DNA of 64,000 nucleotides from an uncultured Poribacteria bacterium (GTDB taxonomy: Bacteria; Poribacteria; WGA-4E; WGA-3G): positions 1,706,561 through 1,770,560 of the forward strand of contig OX639992.1 of NCBI GenBank assembly GCA_951828515.1, read 5' to 3'. The notes under the pieces are model-generated. The model saw nothing but the letters and a program-made list of their open reading frames with translations, was not told the origin of the DNA and did no database searches. Shown here one piece after another: positions 8,155-16,948 of this stretch (within the stretch, counting starts at the first letter, position 1; the number at the start of each line of letters is the position of its first letter). The position numbers and the translations under genes were made by a program.

Positions 8155-9324
8155 ATGAAAACTTATCGCGTTGCCATATTAGGGTGCCGGAGTCGCGGCA
8201 CCTCGGCAGCAAAGGCATATCACGCACATCCACGCACTGAAATCGTTGCACTCTGCGACCTCGTTCAAGAGCGGTTGGATACTCTCGGCGACATCGTGAA
8301 CGTCTCAGCACATTTCACCGATTTAGACGAGATGATCCAGCAGACGGCTCCCGATATTGTCGCAATCCCCACAGCAACAGAGGCACACTATCCACTCTGC
8401 ATGCGCGTCCTTGAACACGATGTGAACATCGAAGTGGAGAAACCCCTCTGCATCGATCTCGTCCAAGCAGATGAGGTGTTGGCAAAAGCGAAAGCGAAAA
8501 ACGCTCGCGTCGCCGTGCACCATCAACGACGCACGAGTCCCTCGATGCAGGCAGTCGCCAAAGTCCTAAACGAAGGAAAAATCGGCGACCTCCGGTACAT
8601 CTACGCCAGTGGGAAAGGCTACTACGCCGGTTACGGGTTAATGAATATCGGAACGCATGTCGTTAACAACATGCTCCGCTTCGGCGGGAAGTGTCGAAGC
8701 GTCATGGCGCAAGCAACGACAGGCGGACGTAATATCATACAGGATGACGTACTCCCTTCACCCGCCGGCATGGGGATAGTTGCAGGCGAATACGCCACAG
8801 CGACACTTCAATTCGACGGAAACGTCACCGGCACCCTTCTTCAGCACCGATTTCCGAAAGTGGATACCGATGCGTATGTCATGGAACTCTACGGCACTGA
8901 AGGGAGACTCTTCTGGTCGGAATTGAAAGGTTCGTGGTGGCTACCTACACCGCATTTCGTCCCCGATGGCACACACGACCAATGGCAGCCTCTCGCGTCT
9001 ATCTATCCAGAACATTTTGACCCGGACAAGGGCGCGAACGCCGACGATTACTGCTTCGTCGACGAATATGTGAACGCATTAGACGAGAACCGCGAACACG
9101 AATCTAACGGCGAAGAGGGTCGCCATGTCATTGAGATTCTAATGGGAATCTTTGAGTCCGCTGTCTACGGCACACGTGTGGAATTGCCCCAGAAAAACCG
9201 AGAGCATCCACTCCTGCGGTGGCATTCTGAAGCCGCCCCTTCTTTGAAAAGTGGTGAAATACGGGATATGCCTCGCGATTACGGCACTTGGCTATCATTA
9301 GAAGATGAACGTTTGTATAAATAG
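8155..9324 (+). CDS. Gfo/Idh/MocA family oxidoreductase
   Basis: N-terminal Rossmann motif (YRVAILGCRSRG...EIVALCDL), EKPL motif (NIEVEKPLC) and a typical length of 389 aa. Confidence 0.85.
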   Translation: MKTYRVAILGCRSRGTSAAKAYHAHPRTEIVALCDLVQERLDTLGDIVNVSAHFTDLDEMIQQTAPDIVAIPTATEAHYPLCMRVLEHDVNIEVEKPLCIDLVQADEVLAKAKAKNARVAVHHQRRTSPSMQAVAKVLNEGKIGDLRYIYASGKGYYAGYGLMNIGTHVVNNMLRFGGKCRSVMAQATTGGRNIIQDDVLPSPAGMGIVAGEYATATLQFDGNVTGTLLQHRFPKVDTDAYVMELYGTEGRLFWSELKGSWWLPTPHFVPDGTHDQWQPLASIYPEHFDPDKGANADDYCFVDEYVNALDENREHESNGEEGRHVIEILMGIFESAVYGTRVELPQKNREHPLLRWHSEAAPSLKSGEIRDMPRDYGTWLSLEDERLYK

Positions 9325-9421
9325 TTGTCAGTTATCGGTTATCAGTTAAGACTTTGTGGTGATTACAGCAAACTTTACGACCACCGCAGACCTCTTTAAC
9401 TGAAAACTGACGACTGAAAGG
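9325..9421. repeat. Heptad-arm palindromic intergenic element (copy 1)
   Basis: Left arm GTTGTCAGTTATCGGTTATCAGTTAAG starts 1 nt after the stop codon. Right arm is CTTTAACTGAAAACTGACGACTGAAAGG. The arms pair over about 24 positions allowing wobble and a few mismatches. There is an inner hairpin TTGTGGTG...ACCACCGCA. Confidence 0.8.
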
Positions 9422-9470
9422 TTTTTCTACGAAAAACCGAACTGAAAACTATTCCTCAAAGGACAAAACT

Positions 9471-10280
9471 ATGCCGAATCCTACGACGAATGCTGACAAT
9501 CAACCACCGATCCCACTAACGGAAGAGCAACGTTTTCTCTTTGACACCCGCGGATGGCTCCTGTTCCCAAGCGTACTCAGCGAAACCGAGGCTAAGGAGA
9601 TGCGCGAGTTCTGTTATCAACTCAAACAGGAACCCGAATCAATAATTCCTGAACACCACCGCTCTCCCATCGGCGGTCCTCTTGAGTCGCTGACCGATCA
9701 TCCGGTTGTGCTCGGATTCATGAACGAATTCCTTACTTCGGGATATGCCAACGAGAACTGTTACGGGTTCCGATTAGAGGGCACGTTCCTAACGATTCGT
9801 CCGAATGGACACGACAATTTCAGTCCACATGGCGGGCGTGGGATGCTCAACTTTCCCGGCAACTCACATACCTATCATCTACACCATGACAGCGCACACA
9901 GTGGACTGACTCGCGTCGTCTGGGAACTCAACCCCGTCCAGAAAGGTGGCGGTGGCACGATGTTCCTCACCGGTAGTCATAAAGGGGCATTTCCTGCACC
10001 GGAGTCAACGAAAGATCGCAATTCACCGCTGTGGGAAGACTATACCTGTCCGGCAGGTTCCGTGCTCATCTTCACAGAGGCGATCACACATACAGGTGCA
10101 AGATGGACCGATGAATCCGTTGATCGGATCGCGCTTTTCCATTGCTACAATACAGTCGGAAACAAATGGCATAAATGGGAACCGCATCCGAAACACGTCG
10201 AAGAGATGCCGTTTAAACGTCAGACACTCTTTCGACCCGTTCACTGTCAGGACAATACACCAACACTGGATGCTGTGTAG
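9471..10280 (+). CDS. Phytanoyl-CoA dioxygenase (PhyH) family Fe(II)/2-oxoglutarate oxygenase
   Basis: LTEEQRFLFDTRGWLLFPSVLS N-terminus, an H-x-D motif (HLHHD), and a distal His (AITHTG) with RIAL. Confidence 0.75.
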   Translation: MPNPTTNADNQPPIPLTEEQRFLFDTRGWLLFPSVLSETEAKEMREFCYQLKQEPESIIPEHHRSPIGGPLESLTDHPVVLGFMNEFLTSGYANENCYGFRLEGTFLTIRPNGHDNFSPHGGRGMLNFPGNSHTYHLHHDSAHSGLTRVVWELNPVQKGGGGTMFLTGSHKGAFPAPESTKDRNSPLWEDYTCPAGSVLIFTEAITHTGARWTDESVDRIALFHCYNTVGNKWHKWEPHPKHVEEMPFKRQTLFRPVHCQDNTPTLDAV

Positions 10281-10340
10281 TAAGTCGGCTGGGTTGAACA
10301 GAATGAATCTATGGATTTCAATTTAAGGAACAATTAAAAT

Positions 10341-11477
10341 ATGAAAATTACGAATGTGAAATCTTTTGTTTCAGCAGATGGACACTTCTTCGTGAAGGTC
10401 GAGACCGACGCAGGAATTTACGGGGTCGGTGAGGGCGGTCTACGCCGTCGCGCGCTCGCCTTAGCCGAAGTCGTTCGCTCATTTGAACCCTTTCTCATCG
10501 GCGCAGACCCGTTCCGAATCGAACACCTATGGCAGGTGATGTTTCGTGGTGGTTTTTTCCCCGGAGGTGTCGTCCAATCCGCAGCAGTCAGTGCTGTAGA
10601 CATCGCACTCTGGGACATCAAAGGAAAAGCCTTGAACGTTCCCGTCTATGAACTGTTAGGCGGACGCACGAGAGACAAAGTCGTCTGTTATCCACATAAC
10701 GGCGGCGGCTCAACTGAGGCAATCATCGAGAGTTGCCGACAAACCTACGAAGCCGGTTGGAAGTTTGTCCGTTGGAGTGTGGTTGATCATTCTGACAGTG
10801 GGGGGACGTTTGAACCCAGACGCGCCGTCCAAAACACCCTTAAGCAGGTGGAAGCCGTTCGTCACGCATTAGGCGATGATCTCGAAATACTGATCGATGT
10901 ACATACCCGCCTCGACCCAGCAGACAGCCTTGATTTCTGTAACAAGGTCGCACAGTACAATCCGTTTTTCATTGAGGACCCACTTCGAGCCGAGAACCCC
11001 GCGAGCCTCAGACGGCTTCGGCAGCAGACCTCGGTGCCACTTGCCGTCGGCGAGCAATTCGACAGTAAGTGGACCTTCCGAGAAGTCATCGAAGAAGAGC
11101 TCATGGACTACTGCCGCGTTGATCTCTGCATCGCCGGTGGGTTAACAGAAGCACGCAAAATTGCTGGATGGTGTGAAACGCATTATATCTATATAGCACC
11201 ACATAACCCGTTGGGACCTGTATCCGCTGCAGCGGGTCTGCATCTCTGTTTGTCATCGTCACTCGTCGGCGTGCAGGAACTCCCACGTGCCCCTATGTCT
11301 TCCCTAACCGATGTTTTTCCGGTTCAGGTGCCGTGGGAATCAGGCTATCTCCTACCGCCTGAACGCCCTGGACTTGGCATCGAATTCAACGAGGATGCAC
11401 TTACCAACGTCTCAACGCAAGAATATGGACCGCCTCACGGCTACCAACGCGATGACGGTGCCTTTACGAATTGGTAA
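10341..11477 (+). CDS. Enolase-superfamily dehydratase (mandelate racemase/muconate lactonizing family, galactonate/mannonate-dehydratase-like)
   Basis: MKITNVK...VKVETDAGIYGVGE, AVSAVDIALWDIKGKALNVPVYELLGG and IEDPL motifs; 378 aa. Confidence 0.85.
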   Translation: MKITNVKSFVSADGHFFVKVETDAGIYGVGEGGLRRRALALAEVVRSFEPFLIGADPFRIEHLWQVMFRGGFFPGGVVQSAAVSAVDIALWDIKGKALNVPVYELLGGRTRDKVVCYPHNGGGSTEAIIESCRQTYEAGWKFVRWSVVDHSDSGGTFEPRRAVQNTLKQVEAVRHALGDDLEILIDVHTRLDPADSLDFCNKVAQYNPFFIEDPLRAENPASLRRLRQQTSVPLAVGEQFDSKWTFREVIEEELMDYCRVDLCIAGGLTEARKIAGWCETHYIYIAPHNPLGPVSAAAGLHLCLSSSLVGVQELPRAPMSSLTDVFPVQVPWESGYLLPPERPGLGIEFNEDALTNVSTQEYGPPHGYQRDDGAFTNW

Positions 11478-11559
11478 CCTTAAAGGTAGCAGGCACACTC
11501 CGTGTGCCGTTGCCACAATTAAACCTTGATGCATACCCAAACAACGAAGGAGAAATTGA

Positions 11560-12750
11560 ATGACAACTGCTGAAATCAAAGAGATGGCGACGGAATATAT
11601 CATTAATACTTACGGTGACAGAAGCCTTGCATTCGTCAAAGGCGAGGGTCCCTACCTCTGGGATGCCGATGGCAAGAAATATCTCGACTTCCTCGGCGGA
11701 CTCGCTGTCAACGGATTAGGGCACTGTCACCCGAAGGTCGTCGCCGCCATTCGCGAACAGGCAGGCAAACTGCTGCACACATCAAATCTCTACTATATCC
11801 AACCGCAGGCAGAACTCGCGAAATTGCTTATCGACAACTCCGATATGGATCAGTGCTTCTTCTGTAATAGCGGTGCCGAAGCAAATGAAGCAGCTATTAA
11901 GTTAGCGCGGAAATACGCCAAGGACAGTGGTAGAACAGACGCCTACGAAATCATCACGATGGATAATTCGTTCCATGGACGGACGATGGCGACGATTACT
12001 GCCACTGCACAAACGAAATATCACGTTGGGTTTGAGCCGATGCTCGAAGGTTTCAAATACGTGCCGTTCGACGATCTCGAAGCAACCGAAGCCGCTATCG
12101 GTGAAAAGACGTGCGCCATTTTAGTTGAACCGATCCAATCCGAAGGCGGCGTTAATATCCCCAGTGATGGGTATCTCCAAGGGTTACGAGAACTGTGTGA
12201 CGAACATAACCTGCTACTCATTTTCGACGAAGTCCAAACAGCGATGGGAAGATTAGGCACCTTTTTCGGATACCAAAGCTACGGCGTTGTGCCAGATGTA
12301 ATCACAATGGCAAAGGCACTCGGTAGCGGTGTACCGATCGGTGCAATGTTGGCGAAACGAAACATAGCAGAAAGTTTTGTGCCCGGCACCCACGCCGCAA
12401 CATTCGGCGGAAATCCGTTAGTCACCGCGGCGGCAGCCACAACCGTCAGAACCATTTTGGAAGAAAACCTCACCGTGAACGCCGTTAAAATGGGGAATTA
12501 CCTTGCTGGCGGACTGATGGAATTAAAGGATAAATATCCGGTCAAAGAGGTCCGTGGGAAAGGCTTACTCCGAGGCTTAGTCATGGACGTCGATGCCACA
12601 CCGATCGCTGCGAAATGTATTGAGAACGGGTTGGTCACGATCTGCACTAATGATTATGTCCTTCGGTTCTTACCACCGCTCAATATCAACGCCGGTCATG
12701 TTGAGGAAGCCGTTAACATCGTTGAAAAATCGATGTCCGAAGTCCTGTAA
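11560..12750 (+). CDS. argD: Acetylornithine aminotransferase (class III PLP aminotransferase)
   Basis: GEGPYLWDADGKKYLDFLGGLAVNGLGHCHPKVV, HTSNLYY, NSGAEANEAAIKLARKY, DEVQTAMGRLG, and the PLP-lysine context VITMAKALGSGVPIGA. Confidence 0.85.
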   Translation: MTTAEIKEMATEYIINTYGDRSLAFVKGEGPYLWDADGKKYLDFLGGLAVNGLGHCHPKVVAAIREQAGKLLHTSNLYYIQPQAELAKLLIDNSDMDQCFFCNSGAEANEAAIKLARKYAKDSGRTDAYEIITMDNSFHGRTMATITATAQTKYHVGFEPMLEGFKYVPFDDLEATEAAIGEKTCAILVEPIQSEGGVNIPSDGYLQGLRELCDEHNLLLIFDEVQTAMGRLGTFFGYQSYGVVPDVITMAKALGSGVPIGAMLAKRNIAESFVPGTHAATFGGNPLVTAAAATTVRTILEENLTVNAVKMGNYLAGGLMELKDKYPVKEVRGKGLLRGLVMDVDATPIAAKCIENGLVTICTNDYVLRFLPPLNINAGHVEEAVNIVEKSMSEVL

Positions 12751-12751
12751 G

Positions 12752-13615
12752 ATGCGATACATCGAAAAGCCTAACGCAGTTGCGTGGATAAAAATCTATG
12801 TGTTTTGCCTTCTCCTTGCAATCATGGGATGCCGCGGTAGCACGACCACGATTGAATTGTCACCCGCCACCCGCGCGGAATTGGATGCTATCCTCAACAC
12901 GCTGCAAGCCAGGTACGACCTGACGGGTTCCTTAAAGATCACCCGGATGATGGTAACGATTGAAGAGGGCGACCAACGCGAGGAACTCCGAGAATCGTTG
13001 TGGTATAAAAGATCGGAGAACGGCGGGGAGTTGCTCCATATCCAAGCACTGGGGGGAATGAATGAACCACGCGGCATCGCAATTGCAAATCAGGACAAGA
13101 ACCAGTTCCTGCTCCATCTTGTGAATGAGCAGAAAGCGTACGTCGGACCGTTATCGGATGGAGTATTGCGAGAAATTTTCGGCATCGATCTGCGTGTGTC
13201 AGATGTCCTGAGTGCGATCTTCGCCAATCCATTCCTCGATGGACGCACTGCTGACTTTATATCCGTTGAAAGCTCCGGAGCAAAATTTATTATTAAGCGT
13301 CCGGGGGTCCAAACCGGGTACATGGAGACTATCACGTTCTTCATCCGCGAGGATGAACCACGAGTTACAGCATGGCACATCCACAACGAAAACGGCACGC
13401 TTGAACAACGTGCCACCTTCACTGACTACCGTGAGGTGAGCGGTATCCTCCGACCCCACAAGGTCGAAATCGAACGTCCGCTTGAACACACACGAGTCGC
13501 CGTGAAAATTGCCAAAGTCGAACTGAACGTCGAGATTAAAGACAGCAAGTTTGACCCTGCACCCTTTCTGGGCGAGGACATCGAAATTATTCCCTTGTCC
13601 GAATTAAGAAAATAA
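12752..13615 (+). CDS. Lipoprotein of unknown function (occupies the lolB-like position upstream of ispE)
   Basis: The ATG at 12752 gives a signal peptide with a lipobox (LLLAIMGC). The tracked ORF start at 12593 overlaps argD and is rejected. The stop overlaps the ispE start. Confidence 0.6.
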   Translation: MRYIEKPNAVAWIKIYVFCLLLAIMGCRGSTTTIELSPATRAELDAILNTLQARYDLTGSLKITRMMVTIEEGDQREELRESLWYKRSENGGELLHIQALGGMNEPRGIAIANQDKNQFLLHLVNEQKAYVGPLSDGVLREIFGIDLRVSDVLSAIFANPFLDGRTADFISVESSGAKFIIKRPGVQTGYMETITFFIREDEPRVTAWHIHNENGTLEQRATFTDYREVSGILRPHKVEIERPLEHTRVAVKIAKVELNVEIKDSKFDPAPFLGEDIEIIPLSELRK

Positions 13616-14505
13616 TGGACAAAATCGTGCGAGAGATAAGAGTCCGCGCGCATGCGAAAATTAACCTCTACCTGGATGTCGTAGGCAAACGCGAGGACGG
13701 CTATCACGACCTCGAAACGATCCTTCACTCCATCGAGTTGCACGATGATGTCATCATCCGCAAACAGGCAACGAAGGGCATAACGGTTCGCTGTGAACAT
13801 CCAGCGGTTCCGCGTGATTCCCGCAATCTGGCATACCGAGCGGCACACCTCCTCAGCGATACAGTAGGCAATATCGGCGGGATTCGGATTGACATCCATA
13901 AGCGAATTCCGGTTGCAGCTGGACTCGCAGGCGGGAGTGCGAATGCTGCTGCCGTTCTCCACGGCGTGAACGAACTTTTCGGGTTAGGCTTCACACAGGA
14001 AACGCTAATGCAGTTTGGAGCACAATTGGGAGCAGATGTCCCCTTCTGCTTGCACGGCGGTGCTGCATTAGGACTCGGCATCGGTGATCGGTTAACACGT
14101 GTTCCTGTACTCTCAGATGTACCGCTCCTCCTGCTAAATCCCGGCATCGAAATTTCAACAGCGACTGTATTTAAGAAATTGAATTTTTCCTTGACAACAC
14201 GGGAAAAAAGAAGTATAATTATAAAGACCTGTTTGGGGAAGAGTGATGTCGTCGGCATCGGGAAAAACCTATACAACCGACTTGAGGTTCCAGTTTTTTC
14301 CCAATATCCCGAAATTGCTGCGCTAAAAACCGAGTTATCTACGCAGACTGGGGTTTGTGGCGCGCTGATGTCCGGGAGCGGTGCTACGGTGTTCGCTGTG
14401 ATGCACAATGGTGACACCGCGTGTCGGAACGAGTCACACTTCAAAAACAGAGTCAGTTTCTGTACAACCACAGTAACCAGTCCTGTCGGTGTGTCCGTAT
14501 ATTAA
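13615..14505 (+). CDS. ispE: 4-diphosphocytidyl-2-C-methyl-D-erythritol kinase
   Basis: AHAKINLYLDVVGKREDGYHDLETI and the GHMP-kinase motif IPVAAGLAGGSANAAAVL. Confidence 0.9.
   Translation: MDKIVREIRVRAHAKINLYLDVVGKREDGYHDLETILHSIELHDDVIIRKQATKGITVRCEHPAVPRDSRNLAYRAAHLLSDTVGNIGGIRIDIHKRIPVAAGLAGGSANAAAVLHGVNELFGLGFTQETLMQFGAQLGADVPFCLHGGAALGLGIGDRLTRVPVLSDVPLLLLNPGIEISTATVFKKLNFSLTTREKRSIIIKTCLGKSDVVGIGKNLYNRLEVPVFSQYPEIAALKTELSTQTGVCGALMSGSGATVFAVMHNGDTACRNESHFKNRVSFCTTTVTSPVGVSVY
14191..14219 (+). promoter_or_regulatory. Perfect-consensus sigma70 promoter (TTGACA-17-TATAAT) inside the 3' part of ispE
   Basis: TTGACA at 14191-14196, a 17-nt spacer, and TATAAT at 14214-14219, about 295 nt upstream of tRNA-Gln. 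Confidence 0.5.
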
Positions 14506-14512
14506 CAATTAA

Positions 14513-14584
14513 AGGGCGGTGGCCAAGCGGTAAGGCACAGGTCTTTGGCACCTGCATGCGTAGGTTCGAATCCTACCCGCCCTG
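14513..14584 (+). tRNA. tRNA-Gln (anticodon UUG)
   Basis: Manual cloverleaf. Acceptor AGGGCGG/CCGCCCT (7 bp). 3-bp D stem GCC/GGC with loop AAGCGGTAA. Anticodon stem CAGGT/ACCTG with loop CTTTGGC. T arm GTAGG-TTCGAAT-CCTAC. Discriminator G. No encoded CCA. Confidence 0.9.
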
Positions 14585-14715
14585 TCTCCTTTTTGAAACG
14601 GTTACTGAATCTCTAAAGGAAAAAGGAACATTTAAAAAATGAAATAAAGTGCGGACTTAAAGAACGGATTTCAAAGTCTAAACGCACTTAATTTCTCCAC
14701 AAGGTAGAATAAAAA

Positions 14716-15396
14716 ATGCAACAAGCAAAATTAGAAGCCCAACAACGCAACACCTTTGGAAAGCAGAATGCTCGTGAACTCCGGAAAGAGGGCGGAGTAC
14801 CTGCCGTGTTGTATGGTCGCGCGCAGGACACCTTGTCAATCCAACTCAATGCGCGAACCTTCAGACAATTCCTACGAACGTACGGTGAAAACGTCATCAT
14901 CAATATGGAAGTCAGCGAAGGCAACACAGAAACCGTCATTATCAAAGAAATTCAACGCCATCCGGTAAATAAGCATATGTTAATTCATGCAGATTTTATC
15001 AGAGTCTCTTTGGATGAGCCCGTGACCTCAGCTGTGCCGGTAGTTCTCGTAGGCAACCCACCCGGTGTTCAAGAGGGTGGAGTCCTTGAATTCCCTCTCC
15101 GTCAAGTGACGCTTCACTGCCTACCGATGCAAATGCCTAACGATATCACCATTGATGTCAGTCATTTAGATATCGGTGACGCTGTCCATGTGAGCGAGCT
15201 AAGCTTTGACGAGGAAGTTGACATTATAGATGAACCAGAACGGATTATTGCGACGGTGAGCCAACCACGCGTCCAACTCGATGATGAACTAACAGAGGCT
15301 GAAGAAGGCGAAGGAGAAGAGGAAGAAACCGCTGAAGAACCTACGGAACCAGAAATTATTTCTCGTAGGCGCGGTGATGACGACGATGACGAATAG
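14716..15396 (+). CDS. rplY: 50S ribosomal protein L25 / general stress protein Ctc, with acidic C-terminal tail
   Basis: The N-terminus (LEAQQRNTFGKQNARELRKEGGVPAVLYG) is typical of L25/Ctc. The position between tRNA-Gln and pth is conserved synteny. The tail is Glu/Asp-rich. Confidence 0.9.
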   Translation: MQQAKLEAQQRNTFGKQNARELRKEGGVPAVLYGRAQDTLSIQLNARTFRQFLRTYGENVIINMEVSEGNTETVIIKEIQRHPVNKHMLIHADFIRVSLDEPVTSAVPVVLVGNPPGVQEGGVLEFPLRQVTLHCLPMQMPNDITIDVSHLDIGDAVHVSELSFDEEVDIIDEPERIIATVSQPRVQLDDELTEAEEGEGEEEETAEEPTEPEIISRRRGDDDDDE

Positions 15397-15511
15397 TATC
15401 GTCTACACCAAAAAACCACACTCACCGCGTAGCAATACATAAAACCCAAAGCGCACTTAACCTATAGAAGCGATCCCTCGATCATGATTCTATCTAAACA
15501 AAGCGCGCAGC

Positions 15512-16900
15512 TTGGAACAAAGTGGAAAGCGGATATACGGAAAAGTTTTTAATTATACCTTGCGGAGTAACAACGTGCGTTTGGACTTTGAACTGCGTTT
15601 ATCAAATCCGCCTGCGCCGATGCTGCAGGCTGCTGTCTTGGATAAACCAAAGTGGATAGTTCGTAATGAAATGGAGAACGGATATACGGAAAGGAAACCC
15701 TTCATTTATCAAACCCACCTGACCGAACTGCAAGGAACAATTAAAAGCCGAACCGCAAGGAACATTAGAAAAACGGTTAGCGTGCTTTTTTTAAGCATCT
15801 TCGCGTGGGTTATCATCTCCAACAGTCCCGCTCAAGAAAACTCCGTTCGCTTCACTGATGCCAATGGAGAAACCATCGCCGAAGTGCCTGCTCAACTCCA
15901 AGAGGAGCAGATCTATCTCTCCGTTGATGCAGTGAGACAGGTTTTCGATCCCGATATGACGGATCAATACAATCATCCACGAAAACGACTCACCCTGAAG
16001 ACCAAAGACAAGCAAATCCGCTTACAAATCGGGAATCCGGTAGTCAGTATCGATCCCGGTGGACAGACACGCACCCTTCCCACATCCCCGATAATCATTG
16101 AGCAAGAGCCGATGTTACCTATCGCGTTTTTCACGCAAATCTTACCAGACTTCTATAACCTCGAAACCCTCTATAATCCGAGTTTGAAAAGGGTCCAACT
16201 TAGACCCAAAGGCACATGGACACCAACCGGGACAGGTGATTCCATCAATTGGGCAATCATCATCGACCCAGGACACGGTGGCACAGACGACCGTGGATGC
16301 GAAAGTAGTACAGGTCTCCTTGAAAAAGACATTGTACTTGCACTTGCAAAACGACTTCAGCGGATGAGTGAAGAGCAAGGGATAAAGGTCTATCTCACAC
16401 GCCAGACAGATACGAAAAAGACACACTTTGAGCGCATTCAGGTTGCCAAACGGAACCAAGGACAACTCTTTCTCAGTTTACACTGCAATGCATCTTTTTC
16501 ACCACACGAAAAAGGAATTAAGATTTACCTCAACAATCCCAAAGGACAACTTCGATTCCCAAGTAACGCGCAGTCAGCCCTTACAGGACAACGGTTAAAA
16601 ATCCTTGCTCAAGCCAACTTCCTAAAGCAGAGCCAAGACTTCGCACACGCACTACAAACGGAATTAAATTTCCTAACGGAAACACCAGTTAAAATTACCG
16701 AACTACCACTTGTAGCACTATCCGAAGCCTATATGCCAGCACTCGTTCTGGAAATCGGCTATCTCTCCAACGTGGAGGACTTAGAGAAACTTTCTGATTC
16801 TGAATATATCGCAGACGTTGCTCAAGCAATTGTCCGCGCTTTCCAACGACACATTTCTTCTATTAACCCGCCTGTCCGATCAACAGCATTGGAACAGTAA
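15512..16900 (+). CDS. N-acetylmuramoyl-L-alanine amidase (Amidase_3) with N-terminal membrane anchor; start codon uncertain
   Basis: IIIDPGHGGTDDRG, EKDIVLALAKRL and LFLSLHCNAS motifs, plus a TM segment (VSVLFLSIFAWVIIS). The first ~55 codons overlap dispersed repeats (CGGATATACGG x2, TTAATTATACCTTGCGG), so the true start may be at 15671 or later. Confidence 0.75.
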   Translation: MEQSGKRIYGKVFNYTLRSNNVRLDFELRLSNPPAPMLQAAVLDKPKWIVRNEMENGYTERKPFIYQTHLTELQGTIKSRTARNIRKTVSVLFLSIFAWVIISNSPAQENSVRFTDANGETIAEVPAQLQEEQIYLSVDAVRQVFDPDMTDQYNHPRKRLTLKTKDKQIRLQIGNPVVSIDPGGQTRTLPTSPIIIEQEPMLPIAFFTQILPDFYNLETLYNPSLKRVQLRPKGTWTPTGTGDSINWAIIIDPGHGGTDDRGCESSTGLLEKDIVLALAKRLQRMSEEQGIKVYLTRQTDTKKTHFERIQVAKRNQGQLFLSLHCNASFSPHEKGIKIYLNNPKGQLRFPSNAQSALTGQRLKILAQANFLKQSQDFAHALQTELNFLTETPVKITELPLVALSEAYMPALVLEIGYLSNVEDLEKLSDSEYIADVAQAIVRAFQRHISSINPPVRSTALEQ

Positions 16901-16948
16901 CACACCGATCGGTTTAGGGTAGTCCTGTACTTGTATACGAGGAAACCT

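Noticed and set aside
7910-8311. 133-aa minus-strand ORF crossing the 8045-8091 repeat and the start of the Gfo/Idh/MocA gene
   Set aside because: It reads through dispersed repeat DNA and overlaps a well-supported plus-strand gene. Its parallel at the other repeat copy (ORFs 49219-49593 and 49259-49543) shows that these ORFs are repeat-generated artefacts.
12593-12751. 5' extension of the lipoprotein ORF (tracked start 12593)
   Set aside because: It overlaps the last ~50 codons of argD in another frame. The ATG at 12752, directly after the argD stop, yields a proper lipoprotein signal peptide.
13725-14471. 248-aa minus-strand ORF (and 13426-13962) antisense to ispE
   Set aside because: ispE on the plus strand has unambiguous GHMP-kinase motifs. 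The antisense products are Arg/Ser/Pro-rich, typical of shadow ORFs.
14421-14642. 73-aa plus-strand ORF
   Set aside because: It spans the tRNA-Gln gene (14513-14584) and the ispE 3' end, so it is not coding.
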